64,000 nt of DNA from Bilabrum cf. latius. Its lineage: Eukaryota. The notes under the pieces were generated by a model. That model worked only from the letters and a program-made list of their open reading frames with translations, was not told the DNA's origin and searched no databases. Below are positions 1-13,155 of the stretch, piece by piece. Both the position numbers and the translations under genes were made by a program. The stretch is from NCBI GenBank assembly GCA_965178125.1, contig OZ237738.1:496001-560000 (forward strand), written 5' to 3'. The stretch's first letter is position 1, and each line of letters starts with the position of its first letter.

Positions 1-2
1 GA

Positions 3-3000
3 TCCAAGAGCATCTCAAACCGCGTGCTTCTCATGGCCGGCCTCGCGAGTGGGACGACGCGGATCACCGGTCTGCTGCAGTCGGACGACACGCAGGCTAT
101 GATGGGTGCCCTCACTGCCGTCGGGGCCAAGATGCGGTGGGAGCTAGGGGAGGGCGGAGGCCCCGTGCTAGTGGTGACCGGCACTGCGGGCGCGCTCTCG
201 GCTCCGTCGAAGCCCCTCCTATTCATCAAGAACGCGGGAACCGCTAGCCGTTTCCTCACCACCGCCTTGTGCCTGCTGCCGGCTCTTGAAGGTGACGGCG
301 TGGTGCTCGACGGCAACTCGAGGATGCGCAAGCGGCCGGCTGGACCACTGGTTGACGCGCTCCACAGGCAAGGATGCGAGCTGGCCTACGAGCCTATCGA
401 AGGAGAGAAGGGGCCTCCCAGCGAGCGGCGGGCGCTGCCGCTGCGCTTCCGAGGGGGTGGTCTGCCCGGCGGCAGGATCGAGCTGGCGGCCAAGGTGAGC
501 TCGCAGTACGTCTCATCCATCTTGCTCTCTGCGCCGTACGCCAAAGAACCCGTCGAGCTCGTGCTTGACGAGGAAAAACCCACTTCGCTGCCTTACATCG
601 AAATGACCACGGCGATGATGAAGCAGTTTGGCGTCGAGGTGGAGCAGCTGGCTCCAAACCACTACAGGATCCCGAGCGGCTGCTACTCGTTTGCCGGAGG
701 CGACGGATCCAAAGTGTTTGAGGTGGAGGCAGACGCATCGTCGGCGACCTACCCTGCAGCCTTCGCGGCGGTGACAGGGAGTGCCGTTCTTCTGCAGGGG
801 ATTGGCAGCCGCAGCGTGCAGGGAGACGCAGAGTTCTCCATGCTGCTCAAGCGCATGGGCTGCAAGGTGCACCGAACCCACTCCACGACCACCGTGATTG
901 GGCCCCCTCCGCGACCGCTAGTGCTGGACACTGCAGCCGGCGCATCTGCAGATGACGGCTTGATCGGACTGGGCAGCGTCGACATGAGCACCCAGACAGA
1001 CGCCTTCCTGACCATGGCGGCAGTCGCAGCGCACTCAGCTGGCGAGACGCACATCTTCAACATCGAGAACCAGCGAGTCAAGGAGTGCAACAGGATCCAG
1101 GCAATGCACGATGAGCTTGCCAAGTGCGGGGCTAGGACGGAGACTCGCCAGGACGGTATCCTCATCGCGGGAGCCGTCGCGGGCGAGGGGCTGCAAGGCG
1201 CCAGGATCCACTGCTATGACGATCACAGGGTTGCGATGGCCATGGCGGTATTCGGCGCTGGCCTCCTCGCCAGGCGCAGGGCCGCGAGCGGGCTGCTTAG
1301 TGCTGCACCCGTGTGCCCGATCGTGCTGGACGACCCTCTCTGCGTGGAAAAGACGTATCCCGAGTTCTGGGACCACCTGGAGACCATCCTCGGCGTGGAC
1401 GTCTCGGCAGCCGATGCAGGCGCGCTGTCCCCAGGTAGTGTCGCGGAGGTCCTGCACGCCAGGCTCGCGGGGACGCAGGGTTCTCGAACCGGCGGCTCCA
1501 CCCAGCCTGCTGCCCCGGGCCTGGCGGATCTTGCACCGAGGAATCTGCTGCAAGCGAAGCCGCGACAGCTGATCAACGCCTCCCTCGCACGACCCTTCAT
1601 GTCTGCGGTAGTCATTGGGATGCGGGGCGCGGGAAAATCGACACTCGCCCGAGCTGCAGCCGCTGGCCTGGGGCGCCCGTGGCGGCACATCGACCTGGAC
1701 GAGGTCCTCGTGAACGAGGAAGGCCGCACGGTCCAAGAAATCGTCGCGGAAGTAGGCTGGCCTGGGTTCAGGGCGAAGGAGGTCGACGTGCTTCTGGACT
1801 GCCTCTCCAGCGATGACCTATCCCAGCATTGCGTCATCTCGTGCGGCGGCGGAATCGTCGAGTCGCCCGTTGCGCGAGCTCTCCTCAGGGCGTACGCGCA
1901 GGGCGGTGCCGCGTCAGTGCGAAAGCTGGGGATCGAGTCGGGCTTGGTTCGGAAGAGTGCGGACGGCTCCGCGGCCTCGATCATCGCGAGCATGGATCCG
2001 AGGGACGTCCTGGCTCCGGAGCTCGAGCAGCTGGGGCCCCGTGCCGCTGGCAGCGGCCAGGCTCATGCTATCGTGTGCGTGACTCGCGCCATCGCCGACA
2101 TCGAAGCGGACTTGGGATTGGCCACAGACAGGCAGGCAGCGGTACGAGCGGCGCAGGCAGGAGGTTTGGTGCAGTCGGGGGGCAGCGGTGCTGCGGACGA
2201 GCAGCGCCCAGGCTACTCTGGAGGGGAGGGGTTGAGGGATGTGTACCGAAGGCGCCAGCCGCTCTTCTTCGAGACTTCGTCTCACTCTTTCGTGATCCGT
2301 GCCGGCGACAGCGACTGGGGTGCGATCTCTAGCGATTTCGTGGCGGCGGTGTCCGGGGCGCAGGGCCTCGATCTCGCCAGAGGGCAGCAGGGGAGCGGCC
2401 TCACGCTGGGTGCCGAGGTGCACGAAACCTTGCTGCTGGATTCTGCTGGCGCGGGAGGGCGCGATGCCGACGAGAATCTGCTCGCTATGCACGCGATTGA
2501 TCGCAGACACAGGTGCGTGTGGGACGCGCACTTTGCTGCCAAGCAGGCAGGCACGTTTTTCGTGTCTCTCACCCTGCCTGACGTGCACTATTGCGCGCCT
2601 CGATCGAGCGCTCATGGCGTGTCTCAGCAGCAACAAGACTAGCCCAAGCAAGTGGTGGTTGGGGTGCCCTCTGAGCTCGATGAGAGCGGGGCTGCAGTTG
2701 CCTCCGAGCCCGACGTTGCGCGGGGCCTGCGCGGCATTTCGGCAGGAGCAGACTCGATCGAGCTTCGGGTGGACCTGCTGGACGCGTGCGCCCGTGCCTG
2801 CGACATGGAGGCACATCTAAAGACGCAGCGATCAGCCCGGGACGCGGCGTATGGCGCTCTCGTCTCAGTCTCATACGCGCTCGGTTGCTAGGTAGCCGCG
2901 ATTCGTCGGCACGCAGGCCTTCCCATTGTATGGACGGTCCGCACAGCGGCCGAAGGCGGCAAGTTCACTGGTTCGCATGACCTGGCTGGCATGCTCATGC

Positions 3001-6000
3001 TGCTGGGTCTTCGTCTTGGGTGCGAGCTGGTGGACGTGGAGCACGGGCTGCCTGCCTTTGTGCGGCGGTGCGTCGGTCTCGCGGCTCGCTCGCGGGCGGT
3101 GCTGCTTCAGACACAATCGCTCTCGCGCGCCATTGGACCGACACCGGCCGCCAGCAACGTGCCGCCACCTCTGCCGAAATCGATTGCAGTTAGCGAGCTC
3201 CTGCCGTTGATGGCCTGGTCCTCGCCCACCATCATCTGGTCGAAACACTTTCCCGAGGCGCCCCAGCCCGCACAGTCGTACCTGCAGGAGTGCTTCGCTG
3301 CCATGCGCCAGGAGTCGATCGCTCTAGACCCGCTCGCCAAGGCAGGCCTGCGGGTCGGCTGCAAGGACGTCATCAAGATCGTGACGAGGGCCCAGGCACC
3401 TGCCGATGTGCATGCGGTGAGGAGTGCCAGCCTTGCTGATGCGCGAGCGGAGGCGCGGGACTGCCGCGACCAAGTTGCGAAGCTTGGTGCTGCTTCGCAA
3501 GGATCGACGGGACCAGCTGGTGCGAGCCATAGGGGTGCAGTAGACGTTGAGCGAGCCTTCCGGTTGCCCGGACTATGGGCCGTCCCTGTGTCTGCGTCCA
3601 CGAGGATCGTGCTGGCGATGGGCGACGAGGGCAAGCTCTCGAGGGTCTTGAACGAGTGCATGACGCCGTGCACTTCACCCCTCCTGCCGGGCGCAGCAGC
3701 TCCCGGCTAGCTGTCAGTTGCGCAGGTGCAGCGCCTGAGGGCCTCTCAGGGGCTTGTGAGGCCGCTGAAACTCGCTCTCTTCGGTCACCCCATCGGCAAG
3801 TCTCCGTCGCCGATCATGCACAACACGTCCTTCGCAGCGATGGCGCTGCCTCACGAGTACCTGCTGTCTAGCACGGAGGACCAGTCGATGGTGCGGGCCT
3901 CGCTGGAAGGAAGGATGAACGGCGGCGGGTCAGTCACTATGCCGCTCAAGATCACCACCATGCCGTGGATGGCTGGTCTGGCACCTGCTGCACGAGCCAT
4001 CGGAGCTCTGAACACCATTGTGAGGACGGACAGTGCCGACGCTGACCTGCGCCACTCCGGCATCGTGAATGTGCTGGAGCCCAAGAGGCAAGGCGAGGCA
4101 AGCGGCACAAGTGCGGTGCCGTTTTTCGGCTACAACACGGACTGGCTCGGCATTGCGATTCCCGTCTCGGCGGCGCTTCGTTGCCGGGACTAGGCCCTGG
4201 TCCAGTCTAGTGCGGCGGCTGGATCTGCTGCAGCGCCAATCGCCGGCGATTCGCGAGGATGCATTGTGCTAGGCGCTGGCGGCACCGCCAGGGCAGCTCT
4301 CTTTGCAGCCCGACAGCTTGGGCTCACGCTGTTCGTCTGGAACAGAACGGCGGCGAAGGCAGAGGCACTGGCTACCGAGGTGGGAGCCACCGCTGTGCCT
4401 ACTCTAGCCGAGTCCGCGACCCTGATGAAATCTGCTGGCTGTTCCCTGGACCTGATCCTGTGCACGGTCCCACCAGCTGCGTAGCTGACCGTGCCAGAGG
4501 CCCTGCTTCAGTCGAAGCCGGTCGTGCTAGATGCAGCCTACCTGCCAAGGACGACCGCACTGACTGCTCAGGCAGAAGCGGCGGGATGCCCGACCGTGCG
4601 AGGCATTCAGATGCTGATTGCGCAGGGCATCGCGCAGTCGGCGCTTTGGACTGGAAAGCAGCCGCCCTCTGGCAAGATCATGCAGTCGGTCCTTCGGTAC
4701 TACGATGCCGTGTCTCGCACTCTTCCGGGCGGTCAGGGGGCGATTGGCGCCGCAGCGGTTTCCAGTGCAGCTGCAGAGGTGCAACGAATCGATACCGAGA
4801 TCCAACGCATGGTGCAGGTGCGGACAGAGCTTCTGCAGCGGGCCGCCGAGGCGTCTGTGATCGACACTACGGGAGCAGCTGATGGTGGCCAGCAATCGGG
4901 AGGCACTCGCGCCGGGCAGCTGTTGGCCGCCCAACGGGATGCGCTTCCAGGACCCGTCCCGTCGTCTGCCATGCGAGTGGTCCTGGAGTCTGTTGACGCG
5001 GCGTGTGCCGTGGGCAGGCCGCACGCGAGCAGCCGAACCAAGAAGATTGCTTTCTGTGGCAGCGTTGGCTCCTTTGCTCACGCCGCCGCCATTCGCCTCA
5101 ACGCGTCGTCTGGGATGGGCGCTCGGCTGATCCCCTGCCTGACGGTACAGGATGTGTTCGCTCAGGTGCAGACCGGGAAGGTGGACGGCGGCGTCGCGCT
5201 GATCGAGTCCAGTCGGGAAGGCGTTGATCACCAGGCTCTGCGATGCCTCGTGTCAGCCAGCAATTCTGACGGCGTGGTTCAGGTGCTAGGCGCCAAGCAA
5301 GCGACAGCTGCTGCTGGTGAATCTGCCGCCGCCAAAGGTGAGTCCACCCTGTCTGCAACGGGTGCGGATTTCACCATTGACGTTGCAATCGTTCGAGAGA
5401 CGTTTGTGGCGCTCGACGAGGCACTGTGCAAGCCGAGAGGGATGGGTGGGTTGCGGTCTGCCACCAGAGTGATCGGCACGGGCCCCGCACTGCGTCGCTT
5501 CGTGCCCTACCTGCGGGTGGCCTGCTCCCGCGAGTGCAGCTTTCAGGTCGTGGAGAAGTCCGTGCAAGCAGCCGAGACGGCCAGCAGGCTTGCCCAGCAG
5601 GGCGAGCAGGCCTTGGCACTGGCACCACCGGCAGCAGCAGCCCAGTTCGGGCTGGAGATCGTGGCTCGCGGCGCGGAAATGGATAGGGAAGGACCCAGGG
5701 CCGAGCTGCTCACCGGCAGCGGGGGCGCCGGTGGGTCTGCGGGCTCTGGATCCTCTTCTATCCCAGCCATCGAGGACGTAGCGTCAGCCCTGCCAAGCAC
5801 CCACTTGTCGCCGCGGAGCTCGGTAGGACGGTACGTGCTGCTGACCAAGACTTCCATCGCCGAGCAGCTGCTGGTTTCCAGCACGGCCGGATCAGCGGGT
5901 GCCAGCAGCGGGAGCGCGCCTGCTGCCGACGGCATGCCGTCTGCTGCCGATGGCGTTGTAGTCCCGGCGCCTCGCCGAGCCAGCCTCGTGATCTCGCTTG

Positions 6001-6296
6001 CTGATCGCAAGGGCGCACTCGGCGATGTGCTCAGTACCATGGCCCAGCACGGCATCAACCTCACAAAGCTGGAGTCTTTCCCGGCTGGAGACGCGAGGGC
6101 GTACCTGTCTGCTGCATCGCCGGGGACTGGTGCGGAGTCTGCCGGTCTGCACAGGCCAGTGTTCCGTTTCTTCGTGGAGGCCCACGTGGATGAGAGCCCA
6201 GAGCCGCTGATGCGGGCTGCGCGGGAGCTGCGGAGCGGTGGGGCGCGTGTCAGGATCGTCGGGATCTACGACTGCGGTGCCCCTGCGACGACGTGA
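3..6296 (+). CDS. ARO1: AROM polyprotein (5'-partial): EPSP synthase, shikimate kinase, type I DHQase, shikimate dehydrogenase, plus C-terminal chorismate mutase-like/prephenate dehydratase-like/ACT extension
   Basis: One frame from SKSISNRVLL. Motifs: EPSPS (NAGTASRF, SSQYVSS, NQRVKECNRI, DDHRVAM, KTYPEFW); kinase P-loop GMRGAGKS; DHQase GADSIELRVDLL, LPIVWTVRT, AAPG*LS; SDH GHPIGKSPSP, SVTMPLK, GYNTDWLG, GAGGTARAA. Five in-frame TAGs (2640, 2889, 3708, 4191, 4482); ends TGA 6294-6296. Confidence 0.92.
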
Positions 6297-6465
6297 GATG
6301 GGATTGATCTTCGCTCGGTGCGTAGGTGGCACCTATTTTCTATTCAAACGAATACGCATGCTTCTGGCTTTCTTCAAACAAGCACAAGCTCAAAATCACC
6401 CTATCAGCCAACGTCGAGACGAACGGTGCCGCAGCAAGCCAACACGCCCAAGGCGAATTCAAGCA

Positions 6466-7645
6466 TTACGTTTGCTCATGGGCAGCAGCCGCTGCCGCTC
6501 CCCCCGTCGCTGGCCCGCTGGCTGCCCCTGCCCCGTCCCTGGACAGCGCGGCCACATCCTGAGGCCTCCCCACGAAATCGTCCATGGTGGAGTTCGTCCC
6601 GAACAGGTTGATGCAGAAATCGAAGGCGGCGGTTGGAATGATGCCACGGAGCATGGGCGAGAGGCCCACTGTCAGCGGCATGTAGACCACGGACTCCCGG
6701 CCGAGCACCGCCTTGACGATCCGGTCGGCGGCCCACTCCGCTTTCAAGATGGGCAGCAGGAGAGGGAAGCGCGTGGAAGCTCCCTCGAACATGCCGGTGT
6801 CGATGAAGAAAGGACAGATGCAGGACGTAGACACACCGGAGGCGCCCTTGCGCTGCAGCTCCATGCGGAGGCTCTCGTCGAAGCCAACCGCTGCCCACTT
6901 GGACGCGCTGTAGTCGCACTGCTTCGCGACTCCCGTGGTGCCCGCAGCCGAGGCGATCGTGATGACCTGACCGTGGTTTCTTTCCAGCATACCTGGCAAG
7001 AACGAGCGCACCGTCCAGAAATGAGAAATCACATTCACTTGGAACGTCCTAACGATCGCGCGAGGGTCCGCCTCCAGCAGCTCCTTGCCCTGCACAACTC
7101 CAGCGTTGTTGATCAAAATGTCAACGTCACCGGCTTCTTTTGCCTGCGAAGTAGGGTCAGGGCCAGATTAGAACGCCAATATAGACACGCGTCCACCAAA
7201 GTTGTACGGCAGATCGACCGCCGGCTATTTGTTTGGCCTACATTCGGCTGGGTCATATCATTTTGCTCACGGTTGCTTCCACCGTCTCCCTATTTGTTAC
7301 ATCTACTAGTGCAGTGCGGACTGTCTGCTTCGGTAGGTCGGGATCCTGCTCAGAGCTGGCAATATCAGCCTCAATTTCGGACTTGAGCTTGCCGAGAGCC
7401 TCTCCAGATCTCGGCAGGTCCCACAAGACCAGGGATGCCCCCAGCTTGGCAAACTTTCTTGCCATGAGTGCCCCGATTCCAGACGCTGCTCCGGTGATTA
7501 GGACGGTTTCTCCGTCCAATCTGGCACGCGTTGACAAGCTACTCAAAATGGATCGAGCTGCTGCCACCCCTCCAATGGCCAAAGCTACCTTTGCCCATCC
7601 AGGAAGCTTTGAAACACGCTTGATAGCTTCATTTACAACGTCCAT
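6466..7645 (-). CDS. Short-chain dehydrogenase/reductase (retinol dehydrogenase/17-beta-HSD11-like), 2 exons
   Basis: TGAASGIG, NNAG and YSASK motifs. Intron 7144-7270 (GTGAGC...CTGAC...CGCAG) joins VEAT|AKEAGDVDILINNAG. Ends TAA. Start ATG inferred. Confidence 0.85.
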
Positions 7646-7762
7646 GGCGTACTTGTGAGCCCCAGAACCAGAATTTGTGGCCGAGGGCGTCCACAGTTCA
7701 GTCGACGATCGCAATGGTTCCGCACTTGTGCGCGGCGCCACGACGATCCGTACGCACAGAAA

Positions 7763-9283
7763 ATGGCCCAGGTAGCCGAGTCTCTTGGGCCAACGTTGAA
7801 GCCAGACGCACCATGTGCAGATGAACTAGAGGCACAGCGCCGGCGATGGCTCGAACTGTCCGCAAAGAAAACTGCTGCCATGGCAAAAGTCGAGCCGCCG
7901 CCGAAGCACTTTCCTGACTCATTCAAAGCCCAAGTGCTGGCTGATGAGTCGTACATCGACCCGAGTGTTTTTAATTCAGATAAAATATAGCATAAGCTTG
8001 CTCGTGACGGCTATGTGGCAATCAAAGGACTGTTCAGCCCCGCCGAAGTGGAATTGATGCGCACCAGGATCCACGAAATAGTAGAGGCGTGGCCAGACAA
8101 ATCGCCAGCATCGTGTTTTGCAGACTCAGAATCAACGGTTACACCGCTGGTGGATTGGGCCGCTGACAAAGTGCTTGCCAGCGGAGAAAAGAGAGTTGAC
8201 GGCGTTCGACGGCTTTTCCGCGTTTGCTTGCACGACGACTCGTTCCGATCGGTGTGCAAGGATAAGCGACTGACAGCCCCGCTGCAGAGGCTGTGGTCCA
8301 GTGCAGAAACTCGCGGGGAAACCGCTGGTGCTGGGACCGAAGGTGAGGCGGGGGTCGCGCTCCTGCAGTCCATGTGTCTGCTCAAGCCTCCTGGCACGGG
8401 CGAGAAGAGGTGGCACGCAGACCAAGCGTACTTCCGCCTGCGACCGTCTCGCGTGTTCGCATACTGGATTGCATTGGATGATACCAACGAGCAGAACGGC
8501 TGCATGTTCGTGCAGCCTGGCTCCCACCAGCGAGGCCTCGTCCCCCACGGCAACCCAACTCCCGAGACGCACGTGCATTACTCGGTGCGGGACCCCTTTG
8601 TGCCCCCTGCGGCTCCCGAGGGCAGCGCTGCCACGACTGACGGCAAGGCTCCTGAAGACCCGCCCCCGCTGCCCCCCATGGACAAACTCGAGGCACCTGA
8701 AGACTCGTCCAGTGGGGAGAGCTCCTCCCTGAACCCCTTCGGGCCGCCGGTCGCAGTCCCCATGCGCGCAGGCGATGCTCTCCTCTTCCACGGAGACCTG
8801 ATCCACGGCACCCCCGCCAACCGGACGAAAGACAAGCGGCGCAGGGCGCTGCAGCTTCACTACGCATGGGCGGGCTGCGTGCCCTCCTCTTGTTCCCCGG
8901 GCGAGGAAGGCCCCTCCGAGGACGAGATGCAGCCCGGGGCAGTGCTGCTTGCTCCCAATGAAGTCACAGGGCCCGACAAGAAGGCAGCGGGATCGGAGTC
9001 GAAGGGTGGAGAGCCTTCAAGCTCTAGTGGCGAGGCGGCATGGGAGGAAAAGCGCGGCGCGGGGGAAGAATTGCCGGCCGGTGGCGCTGCATCTGCCAGC
9101 GGAAGGGCACGGTTGGACGATGACGCGAAGGCTTCTGATTCGCCGGCCATCGACGGCGCGGGCCCGCTGGCTGGGGCGGGGCGTTTTGCAGCCTGCATCG
9201 AGTCGCAGCACTGGTACTACCGCCGTGCCGAACTGCTTGCTGCAGGGTCTGGGGGTGGACCCGGCAGCTTGTGGCCGGCATGA
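7763..9283 (+). CDS. Phytanoyl-CoA dioxygenase (PhyH)-family Fe(II)/2-oxoglutarate dioxygenase
   Basis: DGYVAIKGLFS, KPPG, WHAD, WIALDD, NGCM...PGSH, HGTPANRT...RRAL motifs. One in-frame TAG at 7988; ends TGA. Start inferred. Confidence 0.85.
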
Positions 9284-9461
9284 CGATCCAGTTTGGTTTG
9301 AGTTGATCTCCGCGTGAGCTGGCAGCAGCCCTGTACAATCATTGTGGAAATAAGAACGACTGAGTCAGACTCGCAGAAATAGTTTTGTAGCACAAGCATT
9401 TGCACGCCCCAGGTTGGCTGGCGCGACACACCAGCAGCACGCAACCGGCAACGCGTTAAGA

Positions 9462-12400
9462 TCAAGCGCTCCGCAGTCCGAACAGGTAGGACCCAGACTT
9501 CGTCTGGAACTCTACATACTCGGTCGATGCCACCGCGCCCACGATTCCATCCGTCGGGGTGAACTTCCCGTCCGACCACACCACGTTCCCGCTCTCCTCG
9601 ATCGTCGCGCTCCCCGCAGATTGCCCCAGCAGCGGCACCCAGATCGCACCCAGAGCGCTCACGGGAATCGTAGCATGCAGCGAGAGCGCCTTCCCACCCT
9701 GCCCCGAGGCGTCCCAAGAGGACACCGCGTTGCCGCGCGGTGTGGAGACCTTCGCCGTCACGTTGGTGGGCCCGGCCTTGGTGGACACGCGAGGCTGCAC
9801 GATCACCGTGCTGTACCCGTCGCCGCCGGGCAGGATGCCGCCGAGGGCCTTGTACAGCCACTCGCTCGCCGCACCGGCCAGGAAGATGTGGTTGTGCGTC
9901 GGTGCAGGCGGATGCGTAGCGTCAGCGTAACCGGACCAGTCTTCCCATGCCGTGGTGGCACCCAGCGAGATCCAGTGCCCGTACGACGGGAACGTCCGCT
10001 GCAGCATCATGCCCAGAGCCTGCTCGTGGTAACCGCGGGATGACAGCTGCCACATGGTGTGCTGCACGCCCACGGAGCCGTACGTCAAGTGGCCGTCTTG
10101 CGCCTGCACGTTGGCCACCAGCCCTTCCGCAAGAGCAGCCTGGTCCTTGGCCGACACAACCCCGGACACCGACAGCACGGCCGATGTGACCGACTGCACC
10201 TCCAGGTCGGTCTTGCCGAAGAGGTTGGTGGTCTTGTTGCGGTAGTTGGGGTCGAACTGAGGCAGCAGCTCATCGGCCAGCTGCTTGTATCTCTGCGCGT
10301 CTGCCTCCTCGCCGATCGCGCCGGCCATCTCGATCATGGCCTCGAGTCCTCCAAGGTAGTTCTGGGCGGCCAAAACTCCCCCCGTGTTGGGAGTGGCGAT
10401 AGCACGGGACTCCACGGCGCACCAGCTGCGATGGGACACAAAATTGCTTGGAAAACCACGGCAACGCATCTATGCAATGTTGTAGGCCTTGCAAGTAGGC
10501 CGCGTACTATCTGTATGACGGGCAAGGCATCGCTTTGCTGGCTGGTCTCACTCTCCCCACTGAAAGAAGTTCGGAATGTTGCCGGGTGCGCTTTGGTTCT
10601 TGGCCTCTTCATAGAGCCCATCCATGTATGCCTTGAGGCTGCTCCAGTGCTCGCGGGCCGGGGTGTCGTCCCCGTAGAACTTCAGCATGTGTCGCGTGAT
10701 GATCGGGTACGCAATCGTCCAGGAGATGTCGTTGCGGGGCGAACGACCAGACACGCTGCTCTGCATGGGACCTTGAGGGACCACTGCAGCAACGTCTCCG
10801 GTGGGGACCTGCGTGTCCTGGATGGTCTTGAGGAAGCGCCTGTACACTGGGATCATGTTGAAGTTGTAGAAGGCGCCCCTCGACGAAGTCACGGCATCAC
10901 CTGCGAGGAGAGTATTGAAATTCAAGGCACACATAACGCTGCGGCGAATCTGTGTGGCGGGGCTGTACGGCTTGCAGTAGGTGTCGCTTTGCAAGCTTCT
11001 GTCGTTGAATCTCACCCAACCTGCGAAAGAAGAGGAAAGCAAACAAGTACTCAATGAAGCACTAGCTCGACACTAAAATGCGGCACAGACATGAGCTGGG
11101 GTGTCACATCGTCTCAACCTGCTCACCATCCGTGCTTCTCCCTTGTGGGGCAGTCCGTTGGCATGTACCCGGCGTTGTTGCTGTTGTAGCCGCGCACCGT
11201 CAGGTCCTGGATCTTGCGGAGCAGCTCGTCGTCACCGTTGTTGCCCCCGCTGAACTCTACGTTTCCAGTCTTGTCCAGCGCGTTGTTCAGCGTCAGCCCG
11301 GTCACCTCGATCTCGTCAAAGTTCGTCATGCCATCGCTCGTGATCTCGCAGTACTGGAACCCGTGCCACGTAAAGCGTGGAGTCACCGTGGCGATCTTTC
11401 CGTCGAACGTGTGGCGATCCGTCTGCTTCGTCTCGTCCCAGGGGAAGGACACGCTCCCGTTGGGGAACAGCACCTCACCATGCTTCATGACGAGGGAGGA
11501 GCCAGCGGGAGGCGCGCTCTTGAAGTGGACCTCAACGATGCCCACGAAATTGACGGGGAAGTTGAAGCGCACGCGGTTGGTGCCCAGCTTGGTCACGTTC
11601 GTAGTAGGGATCCGGTCCGTCACTTTGGACAGGGGCATGGCCAGCGCACCCGATTTGCCCGACGGGATCTGCTTTCGCGTGGCCACCACCGGTGACCATG
11701 CGATGCCGCCGGACGGCTTGAAGCCCGCCTCCGACCAGCCCTCCTGTAGCCGGCGCCAGTCGGTGGTGGCACCATCGTACGGATCATCAGCCAGGATGTA
11801 TCCCTCTGTAGCCGACAGGGACAGCACCTCGGGCTGAGCAGACGTGGAGGGCCGGCAGGTCGAGTTGGCAGACACGTGCTTCTTGACCCCGTGGCACGGG
11901 TCAGGCACCGCCGCCGATCCGGGTACCACCACGCACTGGTCATCGTGACAGTGCGGCTACACCACGCACCTTTGCTGGCCCACGCATGCGCTCTCCACGA
12001 TCGACCGCACGCCTGGCGCGTCGCAGCTGGGGTTGGGCTTGAACGGACCGCTGGAGCATGACCCGGCGGGGGTGCCAAAGGACGCGAACGGCACCGATGC
12101 GATTTCCTGCCCTGCAGGGCACTGCAGCGCATCAATCTCGCCCTCTTCCAGACTCACGCACGTCTTGGGACCCTCTGACGGCACGCCAGACACGAAGATC
12201 GTGCGAGCGCCGGTCGAGTCCTCCGCCACGATCGTCACGCGCACCGTCTTGCTGCCCGCGAAGCGAGAGAGCCACCAGCCGGATCCTAGCAGCACGCCAA
12301 ACCCGTTCTGCCCATCCACCACCAGGGTCGTGATGTCGTGCGCCTGCCACAGGACTGTCCGATCGAACTACAGCCACGGCATCACGCCGTGCTGCTGCGA

Positions 12401-12979
12401 CGGGACGATCACATCGGCGTCCTCGCTCACCGATTGCACCTCCATACCATTCACAAACACGCTGAATCCACCAGGTCCAGACACGTACGCCATCACGCGC
12501 CGCTAGGATCCCTTTAGCGCGAAGTCGGCCCGTACCTGACTCTCGTTGCCAGACGGACCCTCCACCCACGTGGAGCCGAACCAGTCGGCCTCATCCATAA
12601 TCCCAACAGAAAAATTACCGCCAGATACGGCAGAAGCTTCCCCGCCGCCGGCCGTCCATTGCACGGTCCAGGAGTACTTGGTATGCGCAGCCAATTCCGA
12701 TCCATTGTAAACAGCCCACGTCTGATCGCTTTCAATGGCATGATTCCACACGGTCTTGCCTGAAAACGTTTCTTGTACTGTGATGGACATGCCAGACTAG
12801 CCCAGGCCGCGGGAGCACTCTTGGAAATAGTTGCCACAGTCGATCTTGTACGAGAATCTGGGGCTGCCATGGTCGATCACGGGCGAACCAGAGAGGCCAT
12901 CAACTTGAAGAGAGGTTGGCGGGGGCAAAGCAGCAAATGCAATGCCACAGCATAGACTAAGCGCTGAAAGGCAGCGCAT
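9462..12979 (-). CDS. Secreted GH78 alpha-L-rhamnosidase with inserted SUEL/rhamnose-binding lectin domain, 4 exons
   Basis: Signal peptide; PRFTWHGFQY, PTDCPTREKHGWLGDA (after splicing), WGDWC, GATTAWEDW, HNHIFL. Introns 11021-11126, 10901-11015, 10426-10551. TAGs at 12797, 12503, 12368, 11957; ends TGA. Confidence 0.88.
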
Positions 12980-13155
12980 GGCAGATCAAACGTGCTACGC
13001 GTCGATGTTCGTGCATATGCGCATATGCTCTGAAATGGCTCGCTACTGGCTGACTAAGTCGGATTTCTAACGGCATCGACATGGCGACGGTGAACTCTTT
13101 AAGGCTTGGCACTCAAGCCCACGACAATAAGCTGCTGCTCTTTGCGCTGCACAAG

